DNA of 63,878 bases, the filler included, from Octopus bimaculoides (taxonomy: Eukaryota): assembly GCF_001194135.2 (NCBI RefSeq). It is 5 parts of 5 records of this genome, joined end to end, with 100 filler letters (N's around TTAATTAATTAA, not from the genome) between each part and the next. Parts side by side here need not be neighbours in the genome. Positions count along the whole stretch, not along the records: positions 1 to 17,451 come from NC_068990.1; positions 17,552 to 30,073 come from NC_068992.1; 3 more parts are not named here. One strand, given 5' to 3'. The first letter of the stretch is position 1. Each line of letters starts with the position of its first letter. The notes beneath the pieces are model-generated. The model saw only the letters and a program-made list of their open reading frames with translations. It did no database searches and was not told the origin of the DNA. A program made the translations under genes and the position numbers. Below are positions 11,578 through 24,302 of the stretch, in pieces.

Positions 11578-11628
<51 letters not shown>
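11578..11628. repeat. (AAT)n microsatellite
   Basis: Perfect trinucleotide run. Confidence 0.95.
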
Positions 11629-11629
<1 letters not shown>

Positions 11630-12074
11630 GTGAACGAGCTGCATTTATCTCCCCTTTTCTTTGAGACACATAAACGCTTATTATATGGATATTTATTCCT
11701 TTCTCCAGCCATAAGGGAACATNNNNNNNNNNNNNNNNNNNNNNNNNNNNNNNNNNNNNNNNNNNNNNNNNNNNNNNNNNNNNNNNNNNNNNNNNNNNNN
11801 NNNNNNNNNNNNNNNNNNNNNNNNNNNNNNNNNNNNNNNNNNNNNNNNNNNNNNNNNNNNNNNNNNNNNNNNNNNNNNNNNNNNNNNNNNNNNNNNNNNN
11901 NNNNNNNNNNNNNNNNNNNNNNNNNNNNNNNNNNNNNNNNNNNNNNNNNNNNNNNNNNNNNNNNNNNNNNNNNNNNNNNNNNNNNNNNNNNNNNNNNNNN
12001 NNNNNNNNNNNNNNNNNNNNNNNNNNNNNNNNNNNNNNNNNNNNNNNNNNNNNNNNNNNNNNNNNNTATAAACA

Positions 12075-12275
12075 CAATGAGAAAAATACTGTCCTTGCCT
12101 CCGAAACGCGGAGTAGATGAAACAGGGACAACTGACGAAGGGGTATACTCTTTATGTTGCATATCTCGTTTCTCTGTTTTTTTCGTTGTTCGAAAAAATG
12201 TTCGTTTTCTGTTTTCGTTTTTATGTTTTCATTTCTTATTGTGTTTAAGGTTTTTTTTTTATGTCCTGTACCCAT
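12075..12275. repeat. Probable Penelope-like terminal repeat fragment
   Basis: Contains CCGAAACG and CTGACGAAGGG motifs followed by a T-rich (GTTTT) tract, as seen at PLE ends. No coding evidence. Confidence 0.4.
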
Positions 12276-12424
12276 ATATGCATGTATATATACATATATA
12301 TGTAGGTATGTACATATATGTATGGATATATGCATATATTTATATATTATTTATACTATTATATTTATACTATTTATACTTTTCCAAGTAAGTTTTATCT
12401 ATCTATATATATTCTTTTATTTTA

Positions 12425-12640
12425 TTCTTTTGTTTTAATCATTTGACTGCGGCCATGCTGGAACACCGCCTTTATCCGAGCAAATCAACCCCAGGGCTTA
12501 TTCTATGTAAGCCTATTACTTATCCTATCGGTCCCCTTTACGGAACCGCTAGAATACGGGGACGTAAACGCACCAGCATCGGTTGTCAAGCGATGTTGGA
12601 GGGGAAAAGCACAGACACACAAATACATGTGTGTGTGTGT
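12425..12640 (-). mobile_element. SINE family B, 3' half
   Basis: Reverse complement of CATCGCTTGACAACCGATGCTGGTGCGTTTACGTCCCCG..GGCGGTGTTCCAGCATGGCCGCAGTCAAATGA. Confidence 0.85.
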
Positions 12641-13836
12641 GTNNNNNNNNNNNNNNNNNNNNNNNNNNNNNNNNNNNNNNNNNNNNNNNNNNNNNNNNNN
12701 NNNNNNNNNNNNNNNNNNNNNNNNNNNNNNNNNNNNNNNNNNTCCTCCCCTCCTCTTATATATACTCGCTCGCACACATGCAAGAATATATTCTAATCAC
12801 TTGCATGCACGTACGACATAAAATGGATAAGGGAATGGTTGAATAAGCTGCCTAACCATCACACATGACAACGTGCGCCCCACCCTCTCCTCCCCCCACA
12901 CGCACACAAGCACGCGCGCACATAGGCAAGCACGCTTATACATACACGCTCAGACGTACTTGTACGCAACTAAGGAACGTACGCAGAAAAGCATATAAGC
13001 ATATTAACACGCACATGCACATGCACATGCACGCGCGCGCACAGACACATACACACAAATGCTGCCATGTACACATACAAACGTATATATATATATATAT
13101 ATATATACTCTTTTACTCTTTTANNNNNNNNNNNNNNNNNNNNNNNNNNNNNNNNNNNNNNNNNNNNNNNNNNNNNNNNNNNNNNNNNNNNNNNNNNNNN
13201 NNNNNNNNNNNNNNNNNNNNNNNNNNNNNNNNNNNNNNNNNNNNNNNNNNNNNNNNNNNNNNNNNNNNNNNNNNNNNNNNNNNNNNNNNNNNNNNNNNNN
13301 NNNNNNNNNNNNNNNNNNNNNNNNNNNNNNNNNNNNNNNNNNNNNNNNNNNNNNNNNNNNNNNNNNNNNNNNNNNNNNNNNNNNNNNNNNNNNNNNNNNN
13401 NNNNNNNNNNNNNNNNNNNNNNNNNNNNNNNNNNNNNNNNNNNNNNNNNNNNNNNNNNNNNNNNNNNNNNNNNNNNNNNNNNNNNNNNNNNNNNNNNNNN
13501 NNNNNNNNNNNNNNNNNNNNNNNNNNNNNNNNNNNNNNNNNNNNNNNNNNNNNNNNNNNNNNNNNNNNNNNNNNNNNNNNNNNNNNNNNNNNNNNNNNNN
13601 NNNNNNNNNNNNNNNNNNNNNNNNNNNNNNNNNNNNNNNNNNNNNNNNNNNNNNNNNNNNNNNNNNNNNNNNNNNNNNNNNNNNNNNNNNNNNNNNNNNN
13701 NNNNNNNTATATATATACATACATACACGCTCAAACGCACGCACACACACTCACACACACACAAAAGACATACAAATACACACAAACGTACACACCTATA
13801 CATACACACACATGCATACACATATATACACGCACG

Positions 13837-13883
<47 letters not shown>

Positions 13884-13978
13884 GTGTAGACATAAGTAAT
13901 AACATGTTTATAGAACTGGACGACGAGACGAGTTCAAGCAGCAAGATAACCAATTGTTTCTATTACAGTTGAAGTCGA

Positions 13979-14560
13979 GGAGGCAAGCTGGCAGAAACGT
14001 TAGCACGCCGGGCGAAATGCTCGCCGAGGTATGAGTTCAAATTCCGCCGAGGTCGACTTTGCCTTTCATCCTTTTGGGGTCGATTAAATAAGTACCAATT
14101 ACACACTGGGGTCGATGTAATCGACTTAATCCCTTCGTCTGTCCTTGTTTGTCCCCTCTAAATTTCGCCCCTTGTGGGCAATAAAGAAATATTTCTTCTG
14201 CCGTTACGTTTTCAGTTCAAATTCCGCCGAGGTCGACTTTGCCTTTCATCCTTTAGGGTCGATTAAATAAGTACCAGTTACACACTAGGGCCGATGTAAT
14301 CGACTTAATCTGTTTGTCCTTACTTGTCCCCTCTGTGTGTAACCCCTTGTGGGCAATATAGAAATAAGAAACGTTAGCACGCCGGGCTAAATGCTTAGCG
14401 GTATTTCGTTTGTCTTTATGTTCTGAGTTCAAATTCCACCGAGGTCGACTTTACCTTTCATCCTTTAGGGGTCGATGAATTAAGTACCAGTTGAGTACTG
14501 GAGTCGATGTAATTGAGTATACCCCTGCCCCAAAATTGCAGTCCTTCTGCCTACAATAGA
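13979..14560 (+). mobile_element. Tandem array of three SINE family A units
   Basis: CAAATTCC(G/A)CCGAGGTCGACTTT(G/A)CCTTTCATCCTTT occurs three times (~14038, ~14218, ~14430) head to tail. Confidence 0.9.
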
Positions 14561-15002
14561 AAGGATTATAGTATAAGTCAGTGTTTCTCATGGATGAGAG
14601 GAAAACTGACTCCACCCAATTCCTTCGTGCTGGGAATTTCTGTGACGACTAGAAGTAGGACGGGCAAACTGGCGCGTTTATTTAAAAAAGAAATAAGTTT
14701 TCCAATAAGGTTTTAACATTGTCAAATACGTTAGAGGAGAAAGAAAAGTGATACTGATGCAAACAATTTTACATAGAATATACAAAGAATATGCCGTGGA
14801 ATCATGTCAGTGATCAGGTCGCAGTTGGTGCGACGAATTTTAAGACACCAGATAAAAAACGTTTAAGTGAAGTTAACAGTTTTTTGTGTTATCAAGTGAT
14901 TAATATGTGTCTTCCATACTGCAATCGTTCAATATTGTTTTCTCATCAACAAAGAAGGGAAACTGACGCCAAAAGTTTTTATTAATATTCTCTCGGGAAT
15001 GA

Positions 15003-15218
15003 AGACGGCGAGCTGACAGAAACGTTAACAATCTGGGCAAAATGCTTAGCGGTATTTCGTCCATCTTTACGTTCTGAGTTCAAATTCCACCCAGGTCGTC
15101 TTTGCCTTTCATCCTTTCAGGGTCGATAAAATAAGTATTTGTTGAGCACTGAGGTCGATGAAATCGATTACACCCTCCCCTAAATCTACTGGCCTTGTGC
15201 CAAAATTTGAAATCAATA
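15003..15218 (+). mobile_element. SINE family A with imperfect TSD, followed by another head (15229-15297)
   Basis: Family match. Flanks are AATATTCTCTCGGGA and AATATTCTCTTGGAA. Confidence 0.85.
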
Positions 15219-16022
15219 TTCTCTTGGAAGTGAGCTGGCAGAAGCGTTAAACAAGCCGGGTAAACTGCTTAGTGGCATTTAATCTGTTGTCAGTTCANNN
15301 NNNNNNNNNNNNNNNNNNNNNNNNNNNNNNNNNNNNNNNNNNNNNNNNNNNNNNNNNNNNNNNNNNNNNNNNNNNNNNNNNNNNNNNNNNNNNNNNNNNN
15401 NNNNNNNNNNNNNNNNNNNNNNNNNNNNNNNNNNNNNNNNNNNNNNNNNNNNNNNNNNNNNNNNNNNNNNNNNNNNNNNNNNNNNNNNNNNNNNNNNNNN
15501 NNNNNNNNNNNNNNNNNNNNNNNNNNNNNNNNNNNNNNNNNNNNNNNNNNNNNNNNNNNNNNNNNNNNNNNNNNNNNNNNNNNNNNNNNNNNNNNNNNNN
15601 NNNNNNNNNNNNNNNNNNNNNNNNNNNNNNNNNNNNNNNNNNNNNNNNNNNNNNNNNNNNNNNNNNNNNNNNNNNNNNNNNNNNNNNNNNNNNNNNNNNN
15701 NNNNNNNNNNNNNNNNNNNNNNNNNNNNNNNNNNNNNNNNNNNNNNNNNNNNNNNNNNNNNNNNNNNNNNNNNNNNNNNNNNNNNNNNNNNNNNNNNNNN
15801 NNNNNNNNNNNNNNNNNNNNNNNNNNNNNNNNNNNNNNNNNNNNNNNNNNNNNNNNNNNNNNNNNNNNNNNNNNNNNNNNNNNNNNNNNNNNNNNNNNNN
15901 GTGGTGACTGAGGCAGTATTTATGAAGTAAGTACTTACTATGTGCGACTTTCATTGCAAACATTGCGGCATTTGATATCACATCGTCTACCCTCATAACA
16001 TTAACCCTCACAGATTCCTCAC

Positions 16023-16311
16023 TTGTGCCCAGGAGGGGTGCAGGCATCTACGCAGGCTTGGAACGAAGTGATGCAAACCAAGGTCTAACATTTTTGTACA
16101 AAGAAGGACTTATTGTTTTTTAAAGTTATTTTTGTTCTTTTTCTTTAAGAAAAAAAAAACCAAACTTCAAGCTACTTTTTACAGATCACATTTTACTCAC
16201 TGTTTTCTAAACTTGAGAAAAGAAAGTAGGGGGTGCAAATTTTGATTTTGCGCCCCACAAAATTTTAGGAGGCGCGCTTACACCCCTTGCACTCCTGTAC
16301 CCGGGCTCATG
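16023..16311. mobile_element. Possible non-autonomous DNA element with imperfect GC-rich terminal inverted repeats
   Basis: Left TGTGCCCAGGAGGGGTGCAGG versus right reverse complement TGAGCCCGGGTACAGGAGTGCAAGGGG. No TSD seen. Confidence 0.3.
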
Positions 16312-16399
16312 GGCATCTTACCTGCGTCATCTTTTGCTAATCTGTGAAGGATTATACATTACACCTGAACATTTTCCGTCTCAGAGTCTGTCATCTAAG

Positions 16400-17180
16400 G
16401 TTTTAAAAGGTGGGGAATAAGTGGCTTGCAATAAATTATCATCCGTTTTCGTTAACCGCTCATATCATTAAAGTATTTAAAAGATAGAGGGGAAAATAAA
16501 AAGATTCAGAACAATCTTCTTAGCGAAAAGGTATTGATGCCAACCAGCATAATTTTAATAGAAGTGAGACTGCCTAACACAGTCCCTCAGCTACTTTGAT
16601 GATATTCTACTAAATACCTGCTCCCTACCCCACCGCCCTCGTGAAAGGGCACAGTTGTCATTTATCTTGGCTTCAGTCAAATTTTCAAGAGACTAACTTA
16701 GTATTCTGCTGAAAAAAAATCATTCGACATCGGAGTCTGTGAACTGCATTGGATTAAATAATTCCCTGTGTAACACAGCCCAACAGGTTGTGATCGGTGG
16801 TATTTGCTGAACTCCAGTAAAAGTCATTAGTGATGTCTCCCACGGTGTTGTGTTGGATCCGCTTCTGTTTCTTATTTTCTTAAACGACATTGCAACTATC
16901 ATCAAACAGAGTAAAAGCAAATAATTAAAAATCTTTGCTCTTGACTATAAGCTCCCTGAAAGTCACCAAGGGCCTATGCAGCCGAACTGATGATCCAAAC
17001 CGAACTAGACGATATTATTCGAATGATGTAAAAAGATTCGTCGCTGCGGTTGAGTGAAAATTTGAGCTCGTCTTTGGTAGAAAGAACGTAGCCATGTAGT
17101 CTTCTCTCGGGAGAGTTTCTTGTAGCATCAATGTTACGCGTGACTGTCGACAACAACCTGAGCTGGCGTACATTATGGGA
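16400..17180 (+). mobile_element. CR1/L2-like LINE reverse transcriptase fragment (degenerate)
   Basis: Translation pieces HIIKVFK, PVKVISDVSHGVVLDPLLFLIFLNDI, KIFALDYKL (FADD relic), IQTELDDII, KFELVFG, SGEFLVAS, VTVDNNLSW. Confidence 0.8.
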
Positions 17181-17241
17181 ATTGAAGCACCCAAGACGAA
17201 AATAATAGTTATAAATAAATAAATAAATAAATAAATAAACA

Positions 17242-17451
17242 GGCGCAGGCTGTGTGGCAAGAAGCTTGATTCCCAACCACATGGTTCTGGGTTCAGTCCC
17301 ACTGTGTAGCACTTTGGGCAAGTGTCTTTTACTATAGCCTAGCCTCGGGCCGACCAAAGCTTTGTAAGTGGTTTTGGTAGACGGAAACTGGAAGCCGGTT
17401 GTATATATAGCTGTGTGAGTGTGTGTGCCTATGTGTGTGTGTGTGTGTGTG
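17242..17451 (+). mobile_element. SINE family B, 5' half (runs into gap)
   Basis: GGCGCAGGCTGTGTGGCAAGAAGCTTGATTCCCAACCACATGGTTCTGGGTTCAGTCCC..CTTTGGGCAAGTGTCTT. Confidence 0.9.
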
Positions 17452-17495
17452 NNNNNNNNNNNNNNNNNNNNNNNNNNNNNNNNNNNNNNNNNNNN

Positions 17496-17507
17496 TTAAT
17501 TAATTAA
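17496..17507. other. Assembly spacer TTAATTAATTAA (six-frame stop) inside a 100-nt N gap
   Basis: 44 N + TTAATTAATTAA + 44 N. Identical constructs at 30118-30129, 58176-58187 and 62788-62799. Confidence 0.95.
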
Positions 17508-17554
17508 NNNNNNNNNNNNNNNNNNNNNNNNNNNNNNNNNNNNNNNNNNNNTTT

Positions 17555-17750
17555 ATGTACGTGTGTACGTATCTATGTATATATTTATGTACGTGTGTAC
17601 GTATCTATGTATATATTTATGTACGTGTGTACGTATCTATGTATATATTTATGTACGTGTGTACGTATCTATGTATATATTTATGTACGTGTGTACGTAT
17701 GTATGTATATATTTATGTACGTGTGTACGTATGTATGTATATATGAATGT
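17555..17750. repeat. 32-bp minisatellite, about 6 copies
   Basis: Unit ATGTACGTGTGTACGTATCTATGTATATATTT starts at 17555, 17587, 17619 and onward. Confidence 0.9.
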
Positions 17751-18363
17751 ACGTCAGTATGTATATACGTACGTCTGTATCTATGTATGTATCTACGTCA
17801 GTATGTATGTACGTGTGTATGTAGTTATACACGCCTGAATATAATTCACCTTGTCAAGAATTCTAGTATTGAGAGAAAAGAAACGTCCATGTGCCAATAC
17901 CAAAGAACCAAATCTTCTCTCTAATTATTAGTTGTTTTTAAAGCAGTTGACTTGCGTTTTTCTTCGGCATGTTGTCTATATTTATTTTAAATATTTATTT
18001 TAAACTACAATTGTTAACTATGTCCTTTAAAACATCCATCCTAATTACATCTCTCGATGAAAAACATCTGAATTTATTTAGTAATCTGTCTCTGTAGGGC
18101 TTTTTTTTCCTTTTTCCTTCGGTGCTATTTTGCTGTATTTGTTCCTCTTATTTTATCTCCAGCTTAATTACTCCATAAATCTTCTTTGCTTAACAATATA
18201 GTTTTCGTCAAAAGAAATGGTTGACATTTTTTGCTCCTCTATACTAATATAGTCCCTAACATAATTAAAGGCGAGCTGTTGAAAAACAGGTTTCTTCAGC
18301 AGGAAATGAAAGGAAAAATAAAGTGTTTTCCACTTCCTCTCGTTCTTACCTTCTAACTTTTCT

Positions 18364-18394
<31 letters not shown>

Positions 18395-19306
18395 TCACTC
18401 ACTCACTCACTCACTCACATACATTATTCCGTGGCCAGTTCTCTTGATTTATAGTCTCAATTGACTATTACTGTAAGAAAATAGTCTGAGCAAAGGAAAC
18501 TGGTTGCTAGATTTCAATCTAATTGGAAACCGATAAAAGTAAATGTGTGGCTTCAGGAAGAAATCATGTGAGTTCTAAAATAAAAGCACGAGATGCCGTA
18601 GTTAAATTGAGGAATTCTAGCGACCAATCTACATAATGACATTAGAAATTTTTCCAGGGATACCTTCTGCATGAAGAAAATACAGTTAAAGGCTGGTTAA
18701 CATAGTTAATATATTGCGATATTGAGTCGAAAAGAATTGTTCAATCTACATAATGCCGATTGGAATACTAATATAATTGATAAATCAGTTGGAAAAAGCT
18801 TTGAGAGATTTCTTTTATCGCAGTTAGGATACTTGGGAGAGAGTAGCTGCTCCGTTCTAAACCGATATAAAATCTCTTTACGCAGGGAAGACTGTCTAAT
18901 AGAGAATATCAATACGCCAGAGAGAGAGAGAGAGGGGGGAGAGAGAGGGCGAGAGAGAGAGAGAGAAAAAAAGAGCGTGAGAGAGAGAGATAAACTCAAA
19001 ACCACAAAATGGAGATTTTAATGTGTAAGAAATAGTTAATATGCTATAAGGCAATTCATAAAAGATGTAGATTTTAATTCAAATCCTCCGAGGTTAGATG
19101 AGACAAAATACAATACATCGACGAAATTGTTAAGAACGGAAGGTTTATCTATTTATTTATTTGTTGGGTCTTTTGTTTTTTTTTTCGGAGGGAGGAGTGA
19201 TTCTTGTAATGGTTTCAGTTGAAGGACTGTAGCTCAGCTAGTTCAGCCTTACCGAAGAAACTTGGAAGAAACAGCAGGTCTGGAATCCCAATGCATACAT
19301 TCTTAT

Positions 19307-19344
<38 letters not shown>

Positions 19345-22300
19345 GTATGTATGTATGATGTATGTATGTATGTATGTATAGAAGTTTATCAATTCGATTT
19401 GCAAGATTCCTGATGTGAAATCGTGCGTTGAAACAGATATTGTTGTATTTCGGGATAATTTTTTTAGTTTTCTTTTTTTCCATACAAACACGAGCACTGT
19501 TGTTTTGTTGTTTATTATTTTTTTTATTCTTCTTATTTTATTATTTTAACACCTGTTCATTGTCTGGAAATCACGTTGGTGACCACTTTTCGTTTCTGTT
19601 TGTGTGTTCTTGCGCCACTTACTCGATTCTGTTCTAAAATGTGTATCATTATGTGCGCATGCGTTTGTGTCCTTGTTTGTGTGTGTGTGTGTAAAATGGA
19701 CTTTCCTGCTGGAAACGACGCTTGAGCACTCAGTTACAAGTCATACTAAACCGACATTCGAAACTTCCAGGAGTATTCTTTGTCATTCCACTCGACCTAA
19801 CTTTATCTAAAGTAGATTTTCTTATGCAAAATATTATCATTGGACAAGCTATGCTTCGTAATTGCTGTCAGTGGAGCAAATTTCAGCAGCGTATTCTATT
19901 CACTACACCCTCTTCCACGAATTCTCTTCGACCATTTGTGTAGCTTAAACTGTAATACGGTGTACCACGTGCCAGAGTAAGGCTGTGCGCACTATTTAGT
20001 GTAAGGATGTAAAAGCGATATTTGGTCAATTTCCATTCTTTTCATTATTTTCATCTGGTCAATATTAATTTCCATTATTTTCATATAAGATATTCTCCTG
20101 GCAGAAATCTGTCGATTAATATCAAACTAACGCCCAAGGGCGTCCATAAATTATAGTTTACAAAATTATTTATGTAATCACCTCGCTGCTAAAAGACCCG
20201 ACAAAACACCTGCTACCATGACTGAAATTTTAAGACAGGTTTTACTCTTGCTTCGCTTGTATGGGACATCAGAAACAACTTGCTATGAAGCAACTATTCT
20301 GGAAACCTTCCAGATAATACCCGTTTACACTATTTCGAAATAGTCCTTAACACTACGAGTTCATCCATTCTTTTGACAGATTTTATTATTCTGCTGGCTG
20401 TTTAGCAAATCTTCTCACTAGGCTAGAGTGTTTGTGGGGAATGGGGGTGATAGCCCAAGATGAACAGGTTGTACTGCGTTGGATGTTAATAATAACATTC
20501 ACGATAAACCTAACCCGACCACACGCGATTACAGCTCTATTTATATAAATACACAAACAGATACATGCCGTATTTCTATCAATGGAAACTGAAACAAGTG
20601 AGAAAATTACATCAATGACCAATGTGTTTTACGTGTACTAACATGCTTGAATACCATCCGTCTTGTTAGGATATTATGAACATTTTACTTGACACAAAAG
20701 ACATTATTGACTATTCATTGTTCTGTACGAAAGAGATCGTTATGGCCTTCACATTTAAGCGCACACGTGTGCATGTGTGCAGACAGAGACAGAGAAGGAG
20801 AGAAATGGAGAAAGTGAGACAGATCTAGGGAGAGAGGGAATTTCTCTGGATGGAACCAAAACCTGGACAATGAAGAAGGAAATACTTAGGCCGCCTTCAT
20901 AGAACAGAAGACAAAAGAAATTTATGGACATAGTCAACCCATCTATTGAATGGTTGCTTAACACAGACTTTGCTAACTGCAGTAATCGTGCCGAATGTTG
21001 CATTTTAGAAGATTCGCAACCTATAAGAAAGGATGAAGACCAAATATACACACGCACGATATATTCCTTTTTCACTCGTTTATTACTGTCCTTATTCTAA
21101 CTGGTGTCCATTGCCCGGAAACCTTTCGTCACACATCTGGAACCGCTTCAGCAACACTTTCCATCTTCCTGTGTGCTCTTGCTGTACCTATTCCGTTCTA
21201 TTATTATTATATATANNNNNNNNNNNNNNNNNNNNNNNNNNNNNNNNNNNNNNNNNNNNNNNNNNNNNNNNNNNNNNNNNNNNNNNNNNNNNNNNNNNNN
21301 NNNNNNNNNNNNNNNNNNNNNNNNNNNNNNNNNNNNNNNNNNNNNNNNNNNNNNNNNNNNNNNNNNNNNNNNNNNNNNNNNNNNNNNNNNNNNNNNNATA
21401 TATATATATGACAATTTGGATAAGCTAGGGTTTTCAGGAAAATTAATCAACCTGCTAATTCGCACGTTGCAAATACCATCTGTAAGCGGAAGAGTAAAAA
21501 TATGGAAGACTTTTATGAAATTCAAAATAAGGATTTGCTTTTGTTATTTATGCTTTTTTTTTAAATCTAATTTCCAAAGAATTGGTTTTGTATATATTGT
21601 TAAAAACCAATTTTTTCCTCAGAGGAAAAATACAAGTAATTGAAAACAGAAGCGAATATTCATAGCTACATGCACACATGCAGTCATACAAGTGTCAGAC
21701 AAAAATTTATGCGCCATCATACAACTTAGCAGCGCAGCTAATGTGAAGATGTCTTCAAAAATCAAAGAGAAAAAGGTAAACGTCGGACTGTTTCTTCGAA
21801 ACCTCTGTATTCTGTATTCAGATTAAACTTCCCATTTACACCAATATTAATTCGTACACATAGTCTTCGTGGTAAATTACCGTGCATGTACGAATTTATA
21901 TATTCATGGGTATATGTATAAATGTGTGTACGAACTTGCGTATGCATAAGTATATATATGTGTGTGAGTGTGAATGTCCGTGTGAGTATGTGTACGTGTG
22001 TGTGCATTTGTAATGGTAGCATTCTCTATTAACTGAAATGTTCAAAGAAATTGTCCCTAAATATCCTAATCAATTGGTCTTGTTATAGATTTTTCATCCA
22101 TTCTATACAGAACATCACTGCATCTGTTGTGACACCTGCAATATAAGCAAAGTTGCCTTATGTCGATTAAATCATGAAAGAATAGAGTTTGAAATTAACT
22201 TTATTCTCAGTGGACATAATTATTCTCAACATTACAATTATTCTTCTTAATGTAGATGACTTAATTTGTTTTCTCTTTAAACTTCTCGGTTTCTTTCACT

Positions 22301-23029
22301 GTTTAGTGTTCTCTCTTCTTCATGCTGAAATTTATCTCGTTTAATTCAGTTCGTCTCCCTATGTTGCAGTAAATATATATTTTACTATCAAAAACTACCG
22401 CCGATATAACTATATTACCTATCGCCACAAATATTCAATACAAAATGTTTGATGATACGTCTGGGAGTTTCAAATGTTTACCGGTTGTGATTGGAATGGT
22501 AGTGTTATTGGTGATAGTTAAAGTAGAAGAAAAAGCACTGAAGGCGTTAGTTTTATCCACAAAATAAATATAAGCTATTAGAAAAACAAAATTCTCATCA
22601 TTTCGGAAACTGTATGAAAGCGATGGCTTTAAAACCTTTACGTTTTTTTTTTCTATTTGGTGTCTAAACGTGCAAAGAGAGGAGAAGCAGAGTTGTTTGA
22701 ATATCGTCTACACAAGACAAGCTATTAGTGTTGGAAAGCTGCGCGTGACAATAATAAAAAGAGACGATACTGCTTTAAGAGAAATGCCCGAACGAACGGT
22801 TTTTATTATTAACAAGCAGGTAAACAAGTTTGCCATAAGTTTATTGAATTCTATTGGAACGGTCAAAAGAAAAGAAGCAGCTCTAGCCTCATTAGTATTC
22901 AATTAAATTGCTATATCCTTCGTTGACCCACAAATACATAATAACTAAAACGCTCAGAAACACAGCAAATACAAACATGCACATTCACACAAAGTCATAC
23001 AGGCACATATACATATACATATGTGAAAA

Positions 23030-23091
<62 letters not shown>

Positions 23092-23284
23092 AGGATAAAT
23101 ATTTCGAGTACATATATGCGTGCATATTCGTGTGTATGCGTCTGTGTCTGTACATGTTTCAGTATATATATACATGTATGAGACATCAACCAAATGTAAT
23201 AATACAGATATGGGTGCAATAATTTTCTAAACTAACATCAGTCATGCACACAGCATACGTTGCTAGGGTAATTCTTTCTCTATA

Positions 23285-23760
23285 CAATGCACCATTCTCC
23301 GCTCTCACCTCCCATGTCTTCCTCAATCCATATTTCTCCTTCTTCAAATGCACCCATAGCCTTTGTGAACTTCTAGTCCGTGGCTCCTTCTCTGCTCGCG
23401 CCCAACCTGGCTCAATCTCTTGCTGTCACCCATGTTACTACACCTTCACCTACCTCCTCAACATTATTAACCTCACCGGCACCCATCACCGCCCAGATTA
23501 ATTCACCTCTACTTCCAGCAATGTAATATACAGAATTCTCTGCTCTCTGTGTCATTCCTTGTACATTAGCCAAACTGGCTGGCGTCGATGGGGTTTATCG
23601 GTTTCACAAATAACACTGGGATATCAGATTCGACAATAACATCCGGGTTCTTTCCGCTGTCTCGCGACCAGTCATTTGCTATTGCATCTGACTGTGTTCT
23701 GTCTGTACTTGCACAGATGTATCCCCAAGTTTCGTCTCCGTCGAGAGCTAGAATTATTTT
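23285..23760 (+). mobile_element. Penelope-like element, GIY-YIG endonuclease region (degenerate)
   Basis: FSFFKCTHSLCELLVR..PGSISCCHPCYYTF..FTSTSSNVIYRILCSLCHSLYISQTG..DRF..DIR matches the PLE pattern C-x-S-x-NVIY-x-I-x-C-x2-C-x3-YIGQT. Confidence 0.85.
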
Positions 23761-24105
23761 TCTGTCTATATTCCTCAGTTTCTTATAGTCTCACTTCATC
23801 ACGTACCTTGATCTAACCCTACCACCATACACACGTACACACACGACAAACACTGTTATGCCTCTACAACATAAGCATACACCTGCACAGACGTATGCAC
23901 ACGCACGCACGCACGCACGCGCGCACGCACGCACGCGCGCGCGCACATATATACTTGGCCAGCTAAGCAATCATCAAATGATAGCTTCGAAGTTACTGTC
24001 AAGAAGATTCGTATATAAGAATAATATATTTGTACGCTACAAAATCTATCAAGTAACCTATTAGACTAATTAAAAAATGTTTTTCTTATAACTGGACATT
24101 TAATG

Positions 24106-24302
24106 TGGCGTGGTGGCAGAGTCGTTAGCATTCCGTAGAAAATGCTTAGCGGCATTTCATCTGTCATTAAGTTCTGGGTTCAAATTCCGCCCTGGTCTAC
24201 ATTGCTCTTCATCCTTTTGAGGTCGATAAAATAAGTACCAGCTGAAGGCTGGTTTCGGCGCAATCCACTTAATCCCTTCCCTGAAATTGCTGGCCTCGTG
24301 CC
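24106..24302 (+). mobile_element. SINE family A (diverged), followed by an internally deleted family B head (24330-24425)
   Basis: GTGGCAGAGTCGTTAGC..GGGTTCAAATTCCGCC..TCATCCTTTTGAGGTCGATAAAATAAGTACCAG; then GTGGCTGTGTGGTAAGTAGCTT..AAAGCCTTGTGAGTGGATTT. Confidence 0.8.

Noticed and set aside
12085-12150. CCGAAACG and CTGACGAAGGGG hammerhead half-cores in permuted order
   Set aside because: No helix I forms after the putative cleavage site, and no GAAA follows the downstream hairpin, so no complete topology could be built.
13979-14560. Regularly spaced repeats resembling a CRISPR array
   Set aside because: This is eukaryotic DNA, the units are ~170-190-bp SINE bodies without unique spacers, and there are no cas genes.
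17452-17551. Recurring TTAATTAATTAA islands inside N runs (four sites)
   Set aside because: Always 44 N + 12 bp + 44 N = 100 nt, with stops in all six frames. This is an assembly spacer and not biology.
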